This document shows positions 1 to 5,904 of a stretch of 10,974 bases of DNA, one piece after another. How positions within the stretch are numbered: the stretch's first letter is position 1; every line of letters starts with the position of its first letter. Under the pieces are notes generated by a model. That model was not told where the DNA came from, searched no databases, and was given only the letters and a program-made list of their open reading frames with translations. This DNA is from Candidatus Calescibacterium sp. Its GTDB lineage: Bacteria > Calescibacteriota > Calescibacteriia > Calescibacteriales > Calescibacteriaceae. The stretch lies in assembly GCA_032249135.1 (NCBI GenBank), contig JAVVGL010000041.1, positions 1 to 10,974 on the forward strand, written 5' to 3'. Position numbers and translations under genes: made by a program.

Positions 1-307
1 TCTCAGGTCTATATCCAAACAAAATATAATGACCAGCTATATACAACGGATATACGGGGGGTCTATAAATCTCTGGTTGTGTTGAAGGTATGCATTGTTG
101 GGGGAACCAGTCAGGAATTTTTCTCGGGCAATCATTTATATATTTCCCTTTTTCTATTAAAGTTATTGCTGGGAATTCATAGGTGTAAGCATCTATTGTG
201 TAAAAAGCTCTTTCAGGGTGCCTATATATAAGGGGGAAGAAAACCAAAAGCCTCAAAAAAATCGCTAACAAAAAAATAAAAAGTATTTTTTTATCAATCC
301 TTTTCAT
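1..307 (-). CDS. GT-C fold (PMT/ArnT-like) membrane glycosyltransferase, paralog of 324..1742; 5' part only, runs off the left edge
   Basis: Not in the ORF track. Manual translation from ATG at 307 is open to the edge: MKRIDKKILFIFLLAIFLRLLVFFPLIYRHPERAFYTIDAYTYEFPAITLIEKGKYINDCPRKIPDWFPQQCIPSTQPEIYRPPVYPLYIAGHYILFGYRPE. About 75% identical (hand count) to the N-terminus of the 472-aa ORF. SD-like AAGGTGA lies upstream on the minus strand (317..323). Confidence 0.9.
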   Translation of the reverse strand, partial: MKRIDKKILFIFLLAIFLRLLVFFPLIYRHPERAFYTIDAYTYEFPAITLIEKGKYINDCPRKIPDWFPQQCIPSTQPEIYRPPVYPLYIAGHYILFGYRPE

Positions 308-342
308 CTTCCGATTTCACCTTTCAATTCTTCTCATCTTCC
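294..342. repeat. Imperfect 19-bp direct repeat at the junction of the two GT-C paralogs
   Basis: TCAATCCTTTTCATCTTCC (294..312) vs TCAATTCTTCTCATCTTCC (324..342): 17/19 identical, 30-nt period. Confidence 0.8.
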
Positions 343-1742
343 AATTTTTTTATTTTTGAAAAAACAGAAGAAGTAAGAATAAAAATTATCGGCTCAACTG
401 TGTGGAACCTTCTTGGTTGCCCAGCATAGGGTGTAGTTATCAAAAAAGTTCCATACAAGAAGATAAAAAATAGCAGTAAAGAAAATCTTGGCTTTATCTT
501 TATTAATCCTGCAAACGCAGCTGCAAAAGATAATACTCGTACCCCCCAAGCAATCAAATATATAATAAACCAGGGTAAAGGTAGCAAACCTCCTCTCTTC
601 TCCATTATCTCCCTTATCGCCTCCAAAATTTTTCCCTTCAAAACCAACGGCACCACCTGATAAGCTGTCTCCCCACTCGCTGACGGACTTATATCCCCCC
701 TGATAACATAATACATCATCCCTATCCCAACCGGTGGAAACGATTTTAAAAACCCAGCAACATGTATCTCAATCGGGTATCTTGTAATATTCTTAATTAC
801 CTTCTCTCCACAAACCTGAATAACCTGGAGCTGCTGTGTTAAGTTCATCTGATAATTTATAACTTCATCTAATGAATTAAATTTTATTCCCCAACCAAAT
901 CTATGTGATACCTCGTTAATTAACACTTGATCGTAAGGGGGATAATTATAATCTTTTCCGAACCATTTACCTCTCTCCATCTTCTGATATATCTCACATA
1001 AAAAGAAATGAGGATGAGCAAAAATAATTTTTTTCCATATCAGCCAATTCCTTATCATCCATGGTGCTATCGTCAATATCACAAAAAGACCTGCTAATAA
1101 AAACTTCCTTATACTCCTCGTATATATCAAAACTAAAATTGGTGAAATCAAAGCAAAAAAATACCACATAGGATGCGTCAAACTCAAAACCCCTGCTATA
1201 ATTCCCAAAAATGCTGATCTTACATTACTTACCTTACCAAAAAGTAGCACTAGAAAAATCAACAGAATAAATCCCTGCATAGTCTCCGTCATCAACGCTT
1301 GACTAAATATTATCGCTGATGGTGATATGGCATATAAAATCGCTCCTATATAAGGATTCCCCAATCCTATAACCCGGCTTATATGATAAATCAAAATTAC
1401 CTTCATCGCATCCATTATATTCTGCGTAAATATCACTATCTCAGGTCTATATCCAAACAAAATATAATGACCAGCTATATACAACGGATATACAGGTGGT
1501 CTAAGGATTTCTGGTTGGGTTGGATTAACGCAATGACCAGCATACCATCCTAAAATTCTTTTTGGGCAATATCCTACATATTCTCCTTTTTCTATCAGTG
1601 CTATTGCTGGGAACTCATATGAATATGCATCTATGTGATAAAATACCCTTTCAGGGTGTTTGTATATAAAATGGAAGAAAACCAAAAGTCTCAAAAAAAT
1701 TGCTAACAAAAAAATAAAAAGTATTTTTCTATCTATATTCAC
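324..1742 (-). CDS. GT-C fold membrane glycosyltransferase (PMT_2/ArnT/GT39-like), 472 aa
   Basis: Polytopic membrane protein with TM1 followed by DxxxY (IDAYSY), RPPVYP, LMTET and PWMIRN motifs and a C-terminal PRRF after the last TM cluster, as is typical of lipid-phosphate-sugar-dependent transferases. GTG start. Substrate unknown. Confidence 0.8.
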   Translation of the reverse strand: MNIDRKILFIFLLAIFLRLLVFFHFIYKHPERVFYHIDAYSYEFPAIALIEKGEYVGYCPKRILGWYAGHCVNPTQPEILRPPVYPLYIAGHYILFGYRPEIVIFTQNIMDAMKVILIYHISRVIGLGNPYIGAILYAISPSAIIFSQALMTETMQGFILLIFLVLLFGKVSNVRSAFLGIIAGVLSLTHPMWYFFALISPILVLIYTRSIRKFLLAGLFVILTIAPWMIRNWLIWKKIIFAHPHFFLCEIYQKMERGKWFGKDYNYPPYDQVLINEVSHRFGWGIKFNSLDEVINYQMNLTQQLQVIQVCGEKVIKNITRYPIEIHVAGFLKSFPPVGIGMMYYVIRGDISPSASGETAYQVVPLVLKGKILEAIREIMEKRGGLLPLPWFIIYLIAWGVRVLSFAAAFAGLIKIKPRFSLLLFFIFLYGTFLITTPYAGQPRRFHTVEPIIFILTSSVFSKIKKLEDEKN

Positions 1743-1960
1743 AACAGATAGATACTTATCTTTTGTTTATTATCAATTTCCTCAAATTCTCTATTCTGCA
1801 AAATCAGCTATAAAATTTTACGTTCCTACTCTAAAGTATTTTATTTTTACCCAAATTTTTTTCAGTATAAAAATTTTTAATTTTCGCCCAAACAAAAAAA
1901 TTTACCATAAAATAGAGACTTCCTCTTTCGGATGGAAAGAAAAATGGAAAGAGATTAAAA

Positions 1961-1987
1961 AAAATAAAATAAAATAAAATAAAAAAT
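1961..1987 (+). repeat. (AAAAT)4 simple sequence repeat plus one imperfect copy upstream of the fbp RBS
   Basis: aaaataaaataaaataaaat at 1961..1980 followed by aaaaaat. Confidence 0.75.
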
Positions 1988-1990
1988 AAA

Positions 1991-1998
1991 AAGGAGGT
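1991..1998 (+). promoter_or_regulatory. Shine-Dalgarno site of fbp
   Basis: AAGGAGGT 8 nt upstream of the ATG at 2007. Confidence 0.9.
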
Positions 1999-2006
1999 TA
2001 GAAGTT

Positions 2007-3143
2007 ATGGCAAAGGTAACTTTATCTTTAATAAAGGCAGATGTTGGATCAGTTGCGGGGCACACGGCACCACACCCTAAAATGATTGAAGCCACAAAAA
2101 GCATTCTCAGAGAAGGTGTTCAGAAAGGAATAGTAGAAGATTTTATGATCGCAAGATGTGGGGATGACATTTCCCTCATTATGACTCACGACAAAGGCGA
2201 AAACAACTCACAAGTCCACAAACTCGCTTGGGATGCGTTCATGTCTGCAGCGGAAGAGGCTAAAAAAATGCATCTATATGGTGCAGGACAAGACCTCCTT
2301 GCAGAAGCATTTTCCGGAAACGTAAGAGGTCTCGGTCCGGGCGCAGCTGAGATGACCTTTGAAGAAAGAAAATCTGAACCTGTAATTGCTCTGCTTGCAG
2401 ATAAAACCGAACCGTCTGCTTTCAATCTGCCACTTGCAAGAATATTTGCTGACCCCTTCACAACAACAGGTCTTGTCATAGATACAAGAATGCATAACGG
2501 TTTCATATTTGAAATTGTAAATGTAAAAGAAAACAAAAAATTAAGAATTTCTACACCCGAAGGACTTCACGACTTACTCGCATTCATAGGAGACATAACA
2601 AAATATGCAATAAAAAGAATATTCTCAAAAGATAGCTCCATCGGTATAGCTGCTGTTGTCTCAACAGAAAAACTCTCCTTCATAGCCGGGAAATATGTAG
2701 GAAAAGACGACCCTGTCGCTCTCATCAGGGCTCAATCGGGATTACCCGCAGCAGGTGAAATACTTCAACCCTTCGCATTCCCTGCATTAGTTTCAGGATG
2801 GATGCGAGGTTCCCACTGGGGACCATTCTATCCATCTTCACAAGATGATTCAAACCCAACTTTCTTTGACGGTCCCCCCAGAATCGTTGCATTAGGATTC
2901 CAAATAAGAGATGGAAAAATTCAAGGACTTGAAACAGATCCAAAACCCGGAGAGCACATCCCAGTAGATTACTTCAAAGATTCATCATGGGATGCTGTGA
3001 GAAGACAAGCTATGGAAGTCGCAATCTACATAAGAAGACATGGTCCATTTATGCCTGCTATTTTACCACCGGAAGAACTTGAATACACTACATTACCCGA
3101 AATTCAGAAAAAATTTGAGGATAAATGGGAAGAAGCAGATTAA
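2007..3143 (+). CDS. fbp: Bifunctional fructose-1,6-bisphosphate aldolase/phosphatase (class V FBPase)
   Basis: Family motifs KADVG..GH, GDD, LYGAGQDL, SGNVRGLGPG, ERKSEP, DKTEP, YVGKDDP (catalytic Tyr and Schiff-base Lys), GWMRGSH, FDGPPR and ELEYTTLP; 378 aa; strong RBS. Confidence 0.97.
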   Translation: MAKVTLSLIKADVGSVAGHTAPHPKMIEATKSILREGVQKGIVEDFMIARCGDDISLIMTHDKGENNSQVHKLAWDAFMSAAEEAKKMHLYGAGQDLLAEAFSGNVRGLGPGAAEMTFEERKSEPVIALLADKTEPSAFNLPLARIFADPFTTTGLVIDTRMHNGFIFEIVNVKENKKLRISTPEGLHDLLAFIGDITKYAIKRIFSKDSSIGIAAVVSTEKLSFIAGKYVGKDDPVALIRAQSGLPAAGEILQPFAFPALVSGWMRGSHWGPFYPSSQDDSNPTFFDGPPRIVALGFQIRDGKIQGLETDPKPGEHIPVDYFKDSSWDAVRRQAMEVAIYIRRHGPFMPAILPPEELEYTTLPEIQKKFEDKWEEAD

Positions 3144-3568
3144 GTTTTTTCTTCACCCTTTGATCCACCAACGAGTTTTGCAAGTGTTGTTGATTTAAGG
3201 TATTTTATCAACTTTTCTTTTTCATTAACCCAAAAATCATGAACTGGACAATCCTGGTTCGGACAAGTAGGTCGTCCAATTATACAATTATCTTTGATTA
3301 TATTTTCGTCAAATATTTCACATATATCGTAAAGGGATATTTTGTTTGGTGGTACTTTAAGAAATATTCCTCCTTTTGGTCCTTTCTGCGCTCCTATGAC
3401 ACCTTTTTTAGAAAGTAAAACCGCTATTTTTGAAAGAAAGTTTTGGGGAACACCAATTTCTTTTGCTATATCTTTGACAAAAAAAAGCCCCTGCTCTTTT
3501 TTATCTTTACTTTTTCGCGCAAGATAAACTAAAAGCTGAACCGCATAACCTGCCGTTTTGCTAAGCAT
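3140..3568 (-). CDS. Rrf2 family transcriptional regulator (probable Fe-S binding)
   Basis: Starts MLSKTAGYAV like other Rrf2 proteins, so ATG 3568 is preferred over 3616. wHTH segment IAKEIGVPQNFLSKI, wing KGPKGG, ISLYDI, and C-x6-C-x4-C-x2-H (CIIGRPTCPNQDCPVH). Confidence 0.93.
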   Translation of the reverse strand: MLSKTAGYAVQLLVYLARKSKDKKEQGLFFVKDIAKEIGVPQNFLSKIAVLLSKKGVIGAQKGPKGGIFLKVPPNKISLYDICEIFDENIIKDNCIIGRPTCPNQDCPVHDFWVNEKEKLIKYLKSTTLAKLVGGSKGEEKT

Positions 3569-3734
3569 GCCTGAAATAAAATATAAAAGTAAAACTATAA
3601 AGTTCAATTTTTCCATATTTTATGAAAAATATAAAAACCGGAAGGAAAATAAGAAAAAGGGAAAGAAGAAAAAATAAAAAATGGAAAAACAATAAATCAA
3701 CAAAAATTTCAAAGGAGAAACTAAACTCATTTAT

Positions 3735-4013
3735 GTGAAAGTTGTTGAATTAATATTAGGTTTTGTATTTTTTTCATCAGTAATTTTTTTGAAATCCCTT
3801 ATAACAAGCCAAGTGATTATAAGAACAAAAACTAAAAAACTCCCAAAAGCCATTTTGTTTATTATGTATCCCTTTAAGTTTCTTTTCTATGTTGCGGTAA
3901 TTTTTGTAGTTCAAAAACTCATCGGAATAACTCAGTGGTTCCTTATTGGAATAATAATTTCAATATTCACATTCACTTTATTTATATTTTTAAAACAGGT
4001 GAAACTAAAATAA
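3735..4013 (+). CDS. Small polytopic membrane protein, possibly ATP synthase protein I (AtpI/UncI)-like
   Basis: 92 aa, GTG start, 3-4 hydrophobic segments with a basic loop after TM1 and YPFKFLFY, resembling AtpI layout. The CDS is plausible but the product call is weak. Confidence 0.5.
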   Translation: MKVVELILGFVFFSSVIFLKSLITSQVIIRTKTKKLPKAILFIMYPFKFLFYVAVIFVVQKLIGITQWFLIGIIISIFTFTLFIFLKQVKLK

Positions 4014-4054
4014 AAAAATTAAATAGCGAAAGTTTAAAGCATAGGGAAATTAAG

Positions 4055-5260
4055 ATGCTAATTTTGAGCCTTCTAATCTTACTTTATAAAGTAGATAATA
4101 ATATGATTTGGGAGAGGAGATTTTTTGACCCAATAATAATAAAAGCGAAGGAACTCGCACTAAATGAAAAAATTGATTTAGATAGAGTTGTTGTATTTTC
4201 AAGCCTCGGAATTATACCATCTCAAATAGATGAAGTAAAAAGAGAAAAAAAGGAAGAAAATGGAGAGTATTTTGAAGGAGATGGAAAATTTGATGGAGAA
4301 GATGAACTATGCTTTTATGCAAGATACTGCGGAGAAAAAATAAGCGAAGGAAAACTGAAAAATTATGATTTTTTTGAAAAAATATTTGAGGTTGAGGTTA
4401 AAGACACAAAAGAAAAAGAAAAAAGGTTCTGCTATATAGGAATAAAAAACTCAAATATAGAAACAAAAAATTCTGATATAGACCTGCCAAAAATTATCCC
4501 GGAAAAACTTGAATTTGAAAATTCAGAAAATGAGTTCATAGTTTATCAGGAAAAAAAGACAGCATTTTTTGATAATTCCTCTCCTACAATAAGAAAAATA
4601 GAAATAGAAACAGATGGAGTGAAAAAAGAGGTCTTCAGAGGCATAAAAGCAGAAATCTTTATAAAACTTTTAAATCTCATAAACATAAGGAAAAACGAAA
4701 AAGATATTTCAGCGAAGGTCAAATTCATAAAAGGTGGAAACGTGAGAATAATAAGAGTTATTCAACCATACGCAGAAATAGGGTTTGGCATAAAAATTCC
4801 AACATCAAAAGTCGTGTCCTACATCTATAACGGATTCACATATGTTGAAAATGCTGTACCGATACCGTTTAATTTGAGTGCAATCTCAAAAGAAGCCTTT
4901 GCAAATGTTTTTTTAGTATTCAAAGATCCAAAAAGATTTAAATCCGAAACTCTTGACATAGATATAAAAGAGTATGAAGAAGTAGAGGAAAATTATCACA
5001 TGTGGGGATATGTAGAAGGAGAAGGATGGTCAGCAGCATATTTTATAAAAGAAATAACAAAAATCCCGATACAAAGGAGCTTATACTTTAAAAGAAACGG
5101 TGATGAGTTAGGAGTTGGAGTTCATCTTGATATTTTGAAACTCCCAAAAGGAGAGCACAGATTTGCCTTGTGGGGATTTTTCTTCCCTCCCGGTGATTTA
5201 CAAAAAGCCAAAAACCTCATTTACAACCCTCTCCAAGTAAAAATAAAAAAGGTAATATGA
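4055..5260 (+). CDS. Hypothetical exported or membrane-anchored protein (~401 aa)
   Basis: Long ORF. The ATG at 4055 removes the overlap with the upstream gene and gives a hydrophobic N-terminus (MLILSLLILLY). Contains IPSQIDE, DGKFDGEDELCF and GGNVRIIRV motifs; looks beta-rich. Confidence 0.8.
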   Translation: MLILSLLILLYKVDNNMIWERRFFDPIIIKAKELALNEKIDLDRVVVFSSLGIIPSQIDEVKREKKEENGEYFEGDGKFDGEDELCFYARYCGEKISEGKLKNYDFFEKIFEVEVKDTKEKEKRFCYIGIKNSNIETKNSDIDLPKIIPEKLEFENSENEFIVYQEKKTAFFDNSSPTIRKIEIETDGVKKEVFRGIKAEIFIKLLNLINIRKNEKDISAKVKFIKGGNVRIIRVIQPYAEIGFGIKIPTSKVVSYIYNGFTYVENAVPIPFNLSAISKEAFANVFLVFKDPKRFKSETLDIDIKEYEEVEENYHMWGYVEGEGWSAAYFIKEITKIPIQRSLYFKRNGDELGVGVHLDILKLPKGEHRFALWGFFFPPGDLQKAKNLIYNPLQVKIKKVI

Positions 5261-5299
5261 TTAAAGATTAAGATATAAATAAATAAAATCTGAAAAAAA

Positions 5300-5902
5300 T
5301 CAGTTTCCAAACTCATTCAGAATATTTTCTATCTCAGATGAAATAATTTTTCTTACCTGAGATTTTGTGAGTTTGCAAGATTTTTCATCTTCTAACTTTT
5401 TCCAAATCTGGTAAAACATATCAGAAGGTAAAAGTAGCTGATTACTTTTGAAATCAGAACTAAAATTTTTCACCTTCACAAAAAATTTTGAGAAATCTTT
5501 TTCCAGCCCAAACCTTTCCTTCAATTTTCCAATAATAAAGCTTCTGAAACTCGGAAAATATCCATCTTTTATAAGATGAGCTATTTTATCAATGTGCTTC
5601 TTTTCCACATTAAACCTTATGTTAACATAATCTGGTCTTGAAGCATATAAACCTTTTTGGGAAAGAAGAAATTTTATGAAATCTTCAATTATGGCTCTTT
5701 TTTGTTTCGGCATTTTCTTAGCAGCTTGATAAAGCTCTTCTTGCGTAAATTTGTTTATACTTTTCTTCTCAAATTTAATTCCGCTCCGCGTTACATACAA
5801 AGATTCCACAGATTCTGCTCTTAAAAAATTCTTTATGTCTTTTTTCAAATTCTCAACAATACTTCCTTTACCTTTATTTTTGTTTTTCTTCATTTTTTTC
5901 AA
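5300..5902 (-). CDS. Basic hypothetical protein with ribbon-helix-helix-like segment(s)
   Basis: 200-aa ORF starting 2 nt after the mfd stop (TTG 5902, or ATG 5893). Residues ~92-132 YVNIRFNVEKKHIDKIAHLIKDGYFPSFRSFI resemble CopG/NikR-type RHH. Confidence 0.7.
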   Translation of the reverse strand: MKKMKKNKNKGKGSIVENLKKDIKNFLRAESVESLYVTRSGIKFEKKSINKFTQEELYQAAKKMPKQKRAIIEDFIKFLLSQKGLYASRPDYVNIRFNVEKKHIDKIAHLIKDGYFPSFRSFIIGKLKERFGLEKDFSKFFVKVKNFSSDFKSNQLLLPSDMFYQIWKKLEDEKSCKLTKSQVRKIISSEIENILNEFGN

Positions 5903-5904
5903 AA

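Noticed and set aside
56..700. Phase-variable poly-G/C tracts in the glycosyltransferases (G6 at 56..61, C6 at 542..547 and 695..700)
   Set aside because: Runs of 6 are short for contingency loci and both frames are intact.
1..1742. Diversity-generating retroelement TR/VR pair
   Set aside because: Differences between the copies involve all four bases rather than only adenines, both copies are coding gene starts, and no reverse transcriptase is in the window.
1660..1977. 105-aa plus-strand ORF
   Set aside because: Overlaps the GT-C start antisense, is low-complexity K/I/F translation of AT-rich intergenic DNA, and has no RBS or motifs.
2186..2943. Minus-strand ORFs 2186..2536, 2274..2495 and 2725..2943
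   Set aside because: Antisense shadows inside the well-supported fbp gene.
3569..3616. 16-aa N-terminal extension of Rrf2 given by the ORF track
   Set aside because: The Rrf2 fold begins at MLSKT (3568); the extension looks like translated promoter DNA.
3935..4054. Upstream GTG start of the 441-aa ORF
   Set aside because: It overlaps the preceding gene by 79 nt and would bury the hydrophobic leader that starts at ATG 4055.
3342..4728. ORFs 3342..3527 (+) and 4546..4728 (-)
   Set aside because: Short antisense shadows of rrf2 and of the exported protein gene.
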